Below, one piece after another: positions 36,041 to 48,791 of a stretch of DNA of 64,000 bases. The notes under the pieces were generated by a model that saw only the letters and a list, made by a program, of their open reading frames with translations, did no database searches and was not told the DNA's origin. The translations under genes were made by a program, and so were the position numbers. Source of the DNA: Entomortierella parvispora E1425 (taxonomy: Eukaryota; Fungi; Mortierellomycota); contig BQFW01000004.1 in the NCBI GenBank assembly GCA_020891255.1, positions 124,001 to 188,000 on the forward strand, in the 5' to 3' direction. How positions within the stretch are numbered: position 1 is the stretch's first letter; the number at the start of each line of letters is the position of its first letter.

Positions 36041-36511
36041 AGCTTGGCTTTCTTGTCGATTGAGTGGGACTATTTACAAGGAATATTTACAAAGGATGCG
36101 CACAGAGATGCAACCAGCTGGATTGGCATATGATGCGGGCAGAAGGGAGATAACTAGAGCAAGAGTACGTGAAAAAGAGTAGGGATAGGTTTTTGAAGCA
36201 GAGGAAGGGACAGCAACGCAACGTGGAAGAGAACAGACGGTGGTGATGTGAAGAGCAGAAAGAGAGGAGCGCGCGTGGTGAGCATGAGGAGAAAAAAAAA
36301 AAAAAAAATCTAGGGCTGTGAGTTCCAATTGGCTGTAGAACGTGTCAGGGCGAAGATTGGGTGGGACGGGTGACTGCTATTGACGGGTGGTGACTGCGTA
36401 TTTTTTTTGTTTCTTTTTTCTTTTTTTTGGATGAAGACAGACACCCTTGCAACAGCAGGCAGGCAAAAGGCGCCAGGACAGAGAGAGACCGCAAAAGAAA
36501 AGAGACAAAGG

Positions 36512-36539
36512 GTGCCACAGTGCCACAGTGCCACAGTGC
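36512..36539. repeat. (GTGCCACA)x3.5 tandem array in the divergent promoter between the giant gene and the PHD gene
   Basis: Directly visible as GTGCCACAGTGCCACAGTGCCACAGTGC. Confidence 0.8.
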
Positions 36540-36917
36540 GACAGGCAGAAGAACGTCCCCTTCGGGCCCATGCATGCATTCATTCATTCTCTCCCTTTCA
36601 CACCCTGCCTCTCTGCATCCTGCTTCCCCCTTCCGTTAATCTCCCGTTGCATCCAGCCGCCGTGCACAAGAGTGAATCACTCGCACTTCCCCTTTGACCA
36701 CTCTTTTACTTCCCTCACCTTCTCCTCCTGCGGCAACTTCACCTTCTCCCCGTACCTCGTTTCCTCTTCACCCACCCGTTCCCATAGCGCCGCGCGGCCT
36801 ATCGTTCTCCTCGGCACATCCCATCTGCCTCGCCGGAACCCACCTTTCTCCGCCAACCACTGTCTATTGTGAAAACGGGGAACCCGCAGCGACATACCTC
36901 CAGTTCAGAGTAGAGGC

Positions 36918-37771
36918 ATGTTGAGCTCAGACTCGGGATCGTCTGACCTCTCCGATGCCGCGTCCTTGTCCTCGGACAACTCCTTAGGCTCTGGTTCTGA
37001 GGATGACCACCGCACTGTGAAGGTCAAGATGAGGACTCAGGCGTCTTCTTCTATTCCTCCAAAGACCTCTACCTCTGCGCCATTAGGGGCTAAGCAACAG
37101 GCCACTCGGACTGCCCGGGGCCACTCCTTTTCCTCCTCAGACTCGGGCGATTCGAGCGATCCTAGCTCCTCTGACCTCGACGACGATGAGAACGGTGGAC
37201 ATGGAAAGAGACCTCCAAATCACCTTCGCGCCAGTAAAAAATACCCCTCTACAAAAAGCAAGGACAAAAAAGACAAGCGGGCACAGGTTCAGCCTCCAGG
37301 AAACGCCCCTATATCGCTCTCAGCCTCTCAGCCAGTTTACTCGCAAGATATCATAACAGCCACCACGTCAGCCATTGCCTCCCGAGGCATTTCCACTCCT
37401 AGCCGCGGCCGTGGTCGTGGCCGTGGAAGGGCGCCTTTGGCTGGCCATGGATCGCGCAAGTACGACGCATCTGGTGCAACCGTGATCGACTTTGAGGACT
37501 CCTCTCAACAGGACATCCCCCCTTTAAACTCGACTGTATCTACACAACAGACAACGACAGCTCCCGCCACTCCAGCACGCAGCAAGAAGGAACAGTCGAT
37601 TGAAAGAACCAAGACAGCCAAGCCTTCAAAAGCAGGCACCAGTAAACCTAAAGCAGGAGCTCGCAAAGCTGGTCGACCCAAAACTGTCTCCAAAGACGTG
37701 TACTGCATATGCCGAGGGCCTTACGATGGTGTTGAGTTTATGATTGCTTGCGACCGATGCGAAGGTACAAA

Positions 37772-37807
<36 letters not shown>

Positions 37808-40800
37808 TGAGAACATCTTTGCTGGCCTTACTTACCCTCTCGTTGTTGACCTTGGAATAGAATGGTTTCATGGACGCTGCATTGGGATGAAACCTCAGGA
37901 CGCAAAGAAGAGCAACCATTACTTTTGCGATACCTGTCAACGTATTCGCCAGATGCTTGGCGTCAGCACAGCGCCCCAGGAAGTTGCTAAACCTCTGAAA
38001 GCCAAATCTCGCAGCAAAAAATCTGAGGAGAAACGGATCGAGAGACAGGAGATGGTTGTGGTGGATTTGAGCGATGACGACCCGATTATGGCATCGCCCC
38101 TTCTACGCCAGGACATACAAGGATCCACGGTCGACGTTATAAACCCTGGATTCGAACAGGGCCATCATGTAGTAGCAACAGAACCCACACCTGGCGTCAC
38201 CCTGTCTACACACAAGCAAACCAAACCCAATGATAAAGCCTCTAAGCGTAAAGGCATTCCTCAGGAGCCAAACCCATACCCCCCGACGCCAGTCTATGGG
38301 ATTGCTCCTGCGATTCCAAGCGTTATCACTGTCACTGCTGCCGCCACCGCCGCTCATAGAATCAATACTGGTGAGTTTGACGGCATGGTTAATGAGGTCA
38401 AAATGAATAGTATCTACAAGCTTGCATGCTAACATTCAAAAATCATCTAGCCACCCCATCTTTAGACGATGAGGACGAAGAAGATGTATGCCCAGTTTGT
38501 GAAGACGAGTGTACCTGCAACACAGGCGGAAATTCAGTTCAGCAGATTGCCTCCACAACGCCGTTGGTTGACAACTCGCCCGGGTTTAGCGCGATCAAAG
38601 TACCTTTTCAGCCTAATCGTGGATCTAAAGAACCGACCTCCATTTACACCCAAGAGAACTACCGGATAATGAGCGAGGACGAAGGCGTTCCCGAAGGGGC
38701 TCAACCATTGGCAAACGACACTTTCCACACGTCCTACAAGAACCCAATGTCCATTCCACGAAGACCATCGATCCTTCGTCGTGGTGGAAAAGGAATTGGA
38801 AAGGCTCCGCATCTGATGCAAGCCGTCAAAGGACAAAGCCGAGGCAAGAGTCTTAAGGGTGGAAAGGCCTCCATGCACTTCTATCAGCAATCGCTCTCCA
38901 CGTCGAGTTCGGAAATGTCGGACGCGCTCAGCGACGAGGACGAGGACGAGGACGACAGGGACAGAGAGCTTCAAAATGAGCCGCTGCCTGAGGCACCTCG
39001 CGTGAAATACGATCGAGAGAAAGAAAACATTCCCGCAGATGGCCACGTGACCCTGAGCTCATCCAGCTCTCAGAGCGATTCTGAGGAGGAGAGGACAGCC
39101 GCACCCCGGCAGAGAACAAAAAACGAACTGGGCTCCCTCGACATCATCAGGATTCGCACGCCTATTGGATCACCCTCGACTTCCACGGCGCCCCTCAGTG
39201 TTGAAGTAAAAGTTGAAACCAAGAAGCGTGGGCCCGGTCGACCCAAGAAGCTCAAGGACGCGCTCGTTGTCAGTAGAGAGGACGAGCAGGCTCTCTATAC
39301 GCCAGCCGTGATTGCCTCCAGGAAAAGCGCCTCTAGCCACAAGCATGGACCCAATAGATCTGAGGCCGCGTCCACCATCATTATCGAATCAGATTTTCCT
39401 TTCATCGCTTATGATCCTGAAGTTGCTGAAGACGTCAAGGCACTGAATAGAACAACCAGTGACGAATCGGACGCAGACGTCTCCACGCCATCGGACGCCA
39501 CCGGCGCACGACCAGTACTAGCAGTGAGCCACGAGGATATCTTTGGCGATGGAGATTTTAGTGATGAACTCAGTGGCGACCTGAGTGACATTCTTAGTGA
39601 AGATTTGGATGATCTCTCGGATGATGGCCTTGACTTTACCAGCAGCGATGAAGAGGACGAGACAAGCAGCAGTAGCAGCCCTCGGGAGTTTCACTATTCA
39701 GAGATGGAAGAGCAGGACGAGTCCCTGGTGGACTCGGACTCTTCTGAAAACTCTGTGAGTTCGGAAAGCTCTGGATCTTCTGATCTTGATTCAGACTCGG
39801 AACTGGAACCCTACCCTCAGGAATTTTCAGATGAGGATCAGGAACTGTATGAATTCGAGGTCGAGGGCGAAGAAGATCTGATCGACGATGAGGAGCTCAT
39901 TCGATTGGCTGAACAGGAGAGGCATTTTCTCTCGAAAGCACAGGGCCTGCACGAGGATTTCAGTGACGAAGAATCTGACCCAGGTCGCAATCCATTTGAG
40001 AGCTCCGAATCAGAACACGAAAAGGATGAGCACGAGTTTGATGGCGACGAGGATGAATACTCTGACGAGTTTTACGACAACGAGTATTCTGATGATGAAT
40101 TTGGGGACCTTACTGAGGCCGAAATCCTTGAGCAATTCCGAGGATCCCAGGCGGACCTAGCGCTCATGATGATCCCTCCAGAGCAACAGGAGCAACTCTT
40201 ACTTCTTCAACACTATGAAGAAACCCATCGACTTCACCAGCAACTCCAGCAACAGCCTTTGATTCATCAGCAGGAGTCCAGTCTTGATCACCAAGGATTT
40301 CACCCTCATAATGGCAGTCATATCGACGGCGTCCTTGCCGCCCCCGATATGATGCAGTCCTTTGATATGAATGTGCCTGATCTGGATGCAGTTTCTCAGC
40401 AATTGGCCGCATCGCTCGCTAATAGTATTGCTAGCAGTATGGCTGGCAGCATGGCTCAGTCCCAGAACGGATCATTTCTGACCTCAGCTACAGACGGTCA
40501 GGGTATTGAGGGCGACGCTTCACAGTCATCTTTGGGAGCTTCTGGGAGCAACAGCAACACTATTGGGCTTGTGGACAGTGTTTCACCAATCTCAGCATCT
40601 TCGACATCACCTTCATCCTCAGCTCAGGCTTGGACCACCCCCGCGTCGCTTACACCTACAGATTCGTCTGTGACAGGTTCAGCAACAATCCCCACCCCAG
40701 CGAATACTCCAACACCCCCAGGCACCGTTGCGGGAACTTCGCCTTCTATACCGACCTTGATAGAAAACGTGGCTCCAGGCAGTGCTTTGACAGCTGAAGA

Positions 40801-42551
40801 TCAATCGTTACCTGTGAACCCGCCTCAGCTGGCTACTACTGGCTCAGGATCATACAAAGAGGCTGCTCAAAGAGCATTTGCCGGACTTCCTGTCCAAATC
40901 AATACACAGCTGACTGAGCCCTCTTCAGTGAACAACTCGAATGACGGTGCTACGCGAGCAGACGAGGTGATTCCCAGTGGCGATACAACCGACGAAGCAT
41001 CGCCTACCATGCATGGCGGTGAGTTCCGGAAGAGACAGAATGAACAACTTCTGAGCCGCGATGTAAGTTTCTTCAGGTGTTTACGTGACAGCAAGTTATG
41101 AAACGGAAAGTATTATCCTGCTAACCCAGCCACTCCTGGAAATGCGATAGGTTGTTATGAGCCATGGAAAAAGACGCAGGCTGTCTTTAGCTGTTCAGTC
41201 AAGACAGGATTCAAAGATCTTACCAGCAGCTACCTCTGGACCTTCCTCTATGACTGCCTCCGAAACTGACACCGCGAATGTGCGCGATGCTTTGGCAGAG
41301 ATGAACGCCTCCATGAGTGGGTACGACTTTTCAAAGCCCACGATGCCTTTTGTCGACCCTGCCGCGCGGATCATCATGTCCCCACCTACTGTTCGCTCCA
41401 GGAAGTTCAGCTTAAAGGGAAAGGAGGCCATGCACGCGTCCGACTACATGCCCATGGACGACCTTTTAGACACATCTGCTCTATATGGCAGATCATCTTC
41501 TCGGTCTCCTTCACCTGAAAGATCTGAAATCAGCAAGGCTGATGAAACAGAAATGTCCCAATCTGCACTTAAGGACCTCCACCGTTGGGAAAGAGTCCCT
41601 ATCGGCACTTTCCGGAAGAGTCGAAGACCCAGTTCTCCTTACGTGGGCCTTCAGGGCGCTCTCAAATTTGGAAATGTCACCATGCCTGCGACGCTTCTCG
41701 CCAACCACCAACAACATCAACACCAGCTCGCGCAGGAATCGCATCGTCTCCAGAGAAAGTCTGGAGGGTTACGAAAATACCGACCTTCATCATCGACATC
41801 CGACATCATGTCCAGTGGGATCGGGCGCTATACACTCCCAGTGGATAGTTCAGGAGATCGTTATAGCCTTGCACATTTCAAGCAGCAACATCTCAGAACA
41901 CGATCGACCAATGTATCTGCCATGGCACAAACACCTCCGAGTGCTCTTGCGGGCATGACTATGGAGGGCTTGGCGGGATTCGGATCTCCTGATGGTCTGA
42001 TGAAGGCGCCTCTTTCTTATAATCGCGCTTTCATTATCGGTGACAAACCTTCTGCGAGTCGTGGTTCTGGGCTGACCTCTGGTCGCCGACGACACAGAAG
42101 CAAGAATTCTTCTGCACGCTCAGGACACCGTCTTTCTCAGACCGATACAACCAACACCGGCTTGGGAATTGGACTTGACCGCGACGGAGGTGGGGATGTG
42201 GGTAAAGGGCAGCGGGATGTTATGACCGACTCCTCACAATTACCGTCCTCGGCCTGTCCGACGCCATTGCACTCGCCCCTGTTCAGTGCTACACGTACAG
42301 AAGATAGAGTTCACCACCAGACTTCAGGAGAAGCCATTGACCCCGAATCTTCTGCCACTAAACTGGTGCTGAGAAAATCAAGCATGCCTCGCCCTGAAGA
42401 GTCCCTGGTGCCTCATTTCGAGCTGGACATTGCCAAGGAAATGGAAGGTTTTCATGACCGTCTGTTGGCGAAGAAGGCGGCGATGGAAGACGAATCAGCC
42501 CACTCCAGTCAGCTCGCGGATGGTGACCAAGTCGCTGAAAGCGAACTCTAG
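36918..42551 (+). CDS. PHD-finger / AT-hook / acidic nuclear protein, ~1,789 aa; exons 36918-37764, 37861-38370, 38451-41062, 41151-42551
   Basis: Spliced PHD finger YCIC...MIACDRCEEWFHGRC...YFCDTC (C4HC3). AT-hook-like RGRGRGR, AGRPK and RGPGRPKK, long Asp/Glu/Ser tracts and a CPVCEDECTC motif. Phases check. Confidence 0.85.
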
Positions 42552-44821
42552 ACTGAGAGCCTATAAGTCATGCTTTTCTTTTTTTTTCTTTTTTTGTGTT
42601 TTTATTTTGTTGTTAAGATTGGTCAGATCAGTTTATTTTTGTCTCTTAGTCCTCAACCTTCATATCCTCTTTGTAAAATATTCCCTCTCCTCTTGCATAC
42701 CGACCTTTTCCTTCCAACCGCCTTTCGTATATATCTTTTTTCATCAATCATTCCCAGTATTCTCCATTTGCATCTCTTTTGGCGTCTGCCTCCAGACGTT
42801 TTGTATCATAGACACCCTTAATAAAGCATCATTCATTTCCATTCAATCCAGCAACTCGGTTCCACTTTTTTCAATGAAAAAATGTTGAAAAAAAACGTGT
42901 CAATATCAAGGTTTCATCATTGGCTCCATAGAACAACCTTGTTCAGGGCCAGCTCTGCTGGGTTATCTTGAAGTGGACTCTGACCGTGACAAGCCAGATA
43001 GTATATAATTCGCTGATGAGGAACTCCCCACTTTGGCTGTCGGGTTTCAATTGTGAATGGTTTGGGGCCCAACGTTAAAATTGAGAGTAAAAAAAAACAA
43101 AAAAAACAAAAAAAACAAAAAAAAAAAAAAAGTTGGTACTCCTGTCGGCTCGGAGAAGATCCATTTTCAAGGGCAATTGATCAAAGCTGGGGGAGAGCTG
43201 AGTGCACAGGGAAGTGCTGGGATGAGCAAGAAACAAGGGAAGATGGAGGGGTCTGAGGGGGTGGACAATGGATTAAAGTTTGAGTTGTCAACAATCCCAG
43301 ATTAGAAGACGACGTCTTCTTCCTTCCCCTCTCCTCTCTGCCTCCCTCATCCCCTCCCCTTCTCTTCTCTTCTCTTCGTCGTTGTCTTCTTCTTCCTCGG
43401 CAAAGGACCCGGTATCCATGAAGAAACTAAAGCGGAAGACAAGAAAGGAGATGAGGAGAAATATAAAAAAAAAGTCCCCCCCCCCCCAACCGTTTACAAC
43501 AAAGAAATAGTCTTTTCGTACCGGCAATGGCGTCAGCACTCTGCTGACTTCGTAAAACTGCTGGAGAAGGCACATACACACACAAAAAAAGATTCTCGCA
43601 AGGCGCACGATTTTTTTCTTTCTTTGGTGAACAGACTGTCACCAGAACAGTAATTGACTTGAGCAGTGGGGTGATTGGTCATTGCCGATAGAGGTGGGTG
43701 CGGATCAAATTCTGGGCGGGGCAACCCCTGGCTGTTGTCCTTGCCGTCTTTGCCGTCCCTGCGGGACGAAATTCGCTTTAGGACGTCCATTCGCGGGAAA
43801 CTCCCACCCTTCATATTTTTGCTATTGTCCACTCTTTCCATAACAAACTATTTGCCCACGACCGTCGATCTGTCGATCGATTTTTGATCCTACTTGCAGG
43901 GGAATCCTCTGATGACGACAGTGCCGCTAGTAGATATTGAGGCATCAATGACGAACCACGGTAAACTTTCTGAACCCCTGGCATTGTTGATCCCAACTGC
44001 CAATCATCCGCAGGCCTAGCGGCCTGACGTTCGTCAAAATGTGGCCATAGACTTCGCCCGACCGACCGACGGTACATGCATCAGTACACCACCTGCATAC
44101 AGTTAAGTGCTCTGTGCACCTTTTTTTTTTTTTTTTTTTTTTGGTTCTTTTCGTTTTCTTTCTCACACTGGGACAAATCTTGATCATTCAATCATTCATT
44201 CTCTCTTTTACTTTCTTTTTCTCCCTTTTTCCGCACCAGTGATATGCTCCCCTCCCTTCCCTTACTTTCCTTTCAATTGTACCCTCGTTTTATCTGATGC
44301 ATGCACTCTTCTCCGTTCGTGCCTTCTTTCTTGGATTGCTCTTCTCCACAGTGCAGCTGCCAACTGCAAGAGCAATTCAGTCAGGGGAAAGAGTCCAGGG
44401 TGATTTAATGATTGGCGGATGTGGCTGTCGCTGTAGGGACCAGACCCATATTGACTTTTCAGCCCCCAAGATAGGACATCATTCTGTTCGGGTTTGAGCA
44501 ACCCATTGTTCTACTTTTTTTCCTCTCTCTTTCTCTCTCTCTCTTTCTCTCTCCTTTTCTTTACTCTTTGTTGTTACTTCTCTTTGTACCTCCTGTCACA
44601 ATCCTCCCTATTCTTCCGCCTTGCCTTTTGTCATTCTTTCGTACTCTCCTCCTCTCTCTCTCTCTCTCTCTCTCTCTCCTTCCACAGTTTAAAAAAACAC
44701 TCCGGCCGCGCCTGTTGATCCTTTATTTTGCCTCAGTAACTCCACATCCACACCGGCCACCATAGCAAAAACAGAAAAACGATTGACTTTTTAGAGACAC
44801 TAAAAAAGTTGACCGCAGAAT

Positions 44822-44957
44822 ATGGAGATGCAAATGGACCTCGGAAATACGAGGGTGGGCGCTTCGACCGACGATCCTTTAGAGGAGCACACATCAAATG
44901 CTCGTACCCTGGAGTCGGCTCCACCAGGTTCGATCTTCATTCACTGCAAGAAGACAG

Positions 44958-44995
<38 letters not shown>

Positions 44996-46241
44996 CCATG
45001 ATCCAAAGGGTCTAAAAGAAAATTCTTTGTGTGTTGTCCCTTACGTCCAAATGACCCACTGGCCACGTCCTGACGTTCCCTCCCTTCCCCTCACACACAC
45101 TGCTTCTTTTTCTCTTTTTCTCTCTCTTGCTCGCTCTCTTTTTCTTTCTCTAACTCTCTTTCTCTCTCCTTCACCTTTCTTCCTTCTTTCCCCTCGTAAT
45201 TCCTTTCCTCCCCACTCACCATCTTTCACTCTTTAAATTTTGTCAAAACCCTTTGATCCTTTGCAGCTAACGCTTTGACGCGTGATCCTCCGGCCAAAGG
45301 CAAGAAGCGAACGTAAGTTGAGCCTCTTCGGCTATGGTTATTTTGCTTCATCGCTCCATCTTGTTTTGACCCTTTTGTATTTTCCTCGGGGACGGAGAAA
45401 GTTGGGAGGAGAGATAAAAGAAAAGACCGCCGTGCAATGCCGATCCCCCTGTCCAGCTCAGTGTGGTTCGAGGAGTTAAGGAATCACAATATCTTCTTTC
45501 CTGTACTTTGGTGAAGATCCAGTTCTTATTGTACACCTCTGAATATGAAGTGGGAATACATTACCCTCCCTTTTCTCCCGCATCTAATCCTTTTTTGTCT
45601 TGGTATCCGTCCATCCCACTACTCTTTCCAGTCGTTTCCTTGACTCCCAACGCACGATCCCACATCGCGTATCCTCCCTCTTCCTCCGTCTCCCTCCCAC
45701 CCCCCACAATCCTTCTTGCACCTCCCGCACTACTTGCCATTTTTCAACAAGCCTGCCTTCCCTGATGCCTCTCTCTCTGTCTCTCTCTGTCTCTCTTTCT
45801 CTCTCTCTCTCTCTCTGTCTCCCCCTCTCCTATTCTCACTTCCGTCGGCCCCTAGTTCGGCAAGATCAACGCCTCGCGTCAAACATGTCAAACAATTGGA
45901 GAATGAGCAACAACGGCGACTATTCATCAACAACAAGATTTGGGAACTTGGTGATCTCTTGCCAAATATCCCGGCCAAGGCGCGATTTGACAAGGCCGGG
46001 AACAAGAAGCCTCTGACAAAGATTCTGATCTTGGGACGCGCCATTGAATTTGTTTTGTATGCAAAGGCTAATTTCCCGGCTATTCTATTGCACTACAAAC
46101 GCGAAATGGATATTGAACAGATGGAAGAGGACGATTCCAAGGGAGATTCTAGCTCCTCTATTGTTGGTGAACAAAGACAGGGTGGTCTAGACCTTCATGA
46201 TCCGCCAACACAGCAGCAGCAACAACAACAACAACCTCGGG

Positions 46242-46300
<59 letters not shown>

Positions 46301-47849
46301 AAGGCAAAAAAGAAAACTTGTCGTCCAAAAGCACCATCGCCGCCCACACAACCACATGTTGCGGCTCCCTCTGTGTCTCCTTTCCCACAGTCGGGCTCAC
46401 CGTCCCATATACCCTCTCCTGAGTCTTTGTTGTCAAGGAATCAGGTGCCAGCCAGCAGGATGGAAGAAACGGAGAGAGGCGTGGACGAGACGACGGTGAA
46501 TAAAAAAAAGGCGAGAAAATCAGTGGAGTTGTTGCGGGTAGGCTCCGACAGAGATATCCCAAGAGGCGGCAGTGGATCCAAGGTCGCCAGTGGGTCCTGT
46601 TCACCTTCACCCTCCAATAGTCAAGCTACGCGACCCTCCCCTTCCTTGTCGCTTTCACCTGCACTTCATCCAAGTGTTCGAGTGCCAAGGTGCTCCGCTT
46701 CACTGGCACTTCTTGGAGATCAGAATAGGATTGATCCGGGACTGCAATCTACCGCGGTGAATGTTCAGGACATACCGCCTTGGATGACAATGGATAACAC
46801 AACCACCTGTAAGAAGTGCCGCCGCTGGGAAGAAACAAGGCGGTTCTTATTCAACGATTGAATCCGTTCTGACTTTAATTTTTTTTTTTTTTTTTTTTGA
46901 TATCTTGTAAACTTCAGCCTCAACTCCTTGTCAAACCCCTCCGATTTGGCAGCCCTTGGAGACAATGGAAATCACTTCTGAATACCAATTCAGGACTGGC
47001 CTTCCAGTTTGCGGATCTAACAAGAGGGCTAGCTGCGATAATAGCTCGATGGGAATTGGATCTCCGGGAGGAGGAGGAGGAGGAGCAGGAGCAGGAGGAA
47101 TAGTGGGACAACTGCGAACGAACGAGACTATTTTCGGGAGTGACAGCAGTGACATTAGCAGTGGAGATCATGAACAGTTCCTTTACAGCAAAAGTAACCC
47201 CTCAGGACCCATGCTCATCGGGGATGCTCGGCCAATTCAATTGAGCTCGGCTCCCACCCCTATATCAAATATCTCAACCATGGCAATACACCAACACCAT
47301 CATTACCCCCACCTCACGACGACGATGGGCCTCTCGAGCCAGCCGAGCCAGCAGCGACCGTCGATGCCCATGGGGCGTGGCTATACCTTTGACGGGGTCA
47401 TATCTTCGATCCCAATGAGGAATGTGAGCAACAACGCGTCCTTGACGCAGCTTGTCGACGTCGACCCCAGCCAACTGGACAAGCCCCACTCTTTTGCACC
47501 AGTTTTTAGTCCACTTGCAGGAATCCCCCCCTCGACTCAGCGACAAGGAATGCAGGCCATCGTTCTACCTTCGTCCACTCCTTTCCCCTTTCAGCAGCAC
47601 CAGCAGCATCCACAACAGCAGCAGCAGCAACTGCACCCGCAACAACTGCACCATCGGCCACCACCGCATGTACATCAAGGACCGTACCAACATTATCAGC
47701 TGCAACATGTCCAACTCCAACAAACTGAATTTGCATTGCAAACGCCGACGGAGATAAGTCCATCTGATATGAATTTTCAGTACATGGTGCAGATCCAGAA
47801 CCAGCTTGGACTGCAACACCACCACCAACAGCAGCAACAGCAGCAGCAA

Positions 47850-47881
<32 letters not shown>

Positions 47882-48029
47882 ACAGCAGCAACAGCAGCAA
47901 CAGCAGCAACATCCGCCGCAGATCCAGGCCCAACTGCAAGCGCCCCGTTTTGCTGGAGCTGTGACCCACCAGCATCAGAACGCGTTGTTTCAGCCCGACC
48001 CGCGGGCGGTAGACGATAAAGACATGTAA
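44822..48029 (+). CDS. bHLH transcription factor with polyQ tracts, ~730 aa; probable exons 44822-44903, 45267-45312, 45856-46808, 46918-48029
   Basis: ENEQQRRLFINNKIWELGDLLP...KPLTKILILGRAIEFV fits the bHLH fold. The first two exons are less certain because the GTACCC donor is weak. Confidence 0.75.
46211..46300 (+). repeat. (CAA/CAG)n polyglutamine microsatellite in the bHLH gene
   Basis: Direct sequence. Confidence 0.9.
47826..47909 (+). repeat. (CAG/CAA)n tract encoding about 28 Gln in the bHLH gene
   Basis: Direct sequence. Confidence 0.9.
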
Positions 48030-48791
48030 ACACGCACCTTGGAGACCATTGCGCCTGTCGCGCTTGTCCCGCGCCTAAAAAAGGACTGCAGAGGTGGTTT
48101 TTTTTTTTTTGCTCCACTTTTTTTTTTTTTTTTTTTTGAAAATGGACGATATTCCTTTTCAGACGCTGTTCCCCCTCCGCTTCCACTGTTGTTGCCCCGT
48201 GTCCCTCCTCGCAATTCGCATCATGTTTTGACCGACGGTCCCATTGATCATTGTCGCATCCTATCTTTGCTCTTCCATGCACCCACCCCCAATGACCCGC
48301 CATTCTCCATGCAATGGACCCATCTCCAGTCAATGATTAATTATGATTGAATGGAGAACATGGGCCAGTGTCACTCATCCACAATGCCGGCACACAATTT
48401 AATTCACCAATTTTGACCATGGTACCGACGCCTCGGGTGCGGACAATTACGAGAGCCAATGATGCAGCCCGCGCGCCTGCGACCCTGCAGCCAGGATCAG
48501 AACAAGCGGACGTCGAAAGAAGGTGTAGCGAAGTGCCGACTGGACCCTTTGGACTTTTGGTTGTCCTTCTATCCCTCTTTTGTCTCTTACCGGCACACAC
48601 CGCAGAAACAGACCGGCTGCCCTTCTAGACGCCATTTGGAGATGATGGCGACCACCGCTCCAATGGACTTCATTCCCTTGTCCATCTTGGCTTAAAAGAG
48701 GACCGCTGCTCCCCTTTCCGGTTGCGCCTCCTCTCTCCACTCCCACTCGATTCCCATCCCAACTATCTCACGACTCTCGTACCTAAAAATC

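Noticed and set aside
36512-36539. CACAGTG heptamers resembling RSS or Transib terminal repeats
   Set aside because: No inverted partner, nonamer, target-site duplication or transposase nearby.
37774-37805. A32 tract as a retroposon poly(A) tail
   Set aside because: It lies inside a short intron with no target-site duplication or element body, and similar homopolymers occur in many introns here.
43013-43060. CTGATGAG as a hammerhead ribozyme core
   Set aside because: No GAAA after a stem II and no pairing for stems I and III.
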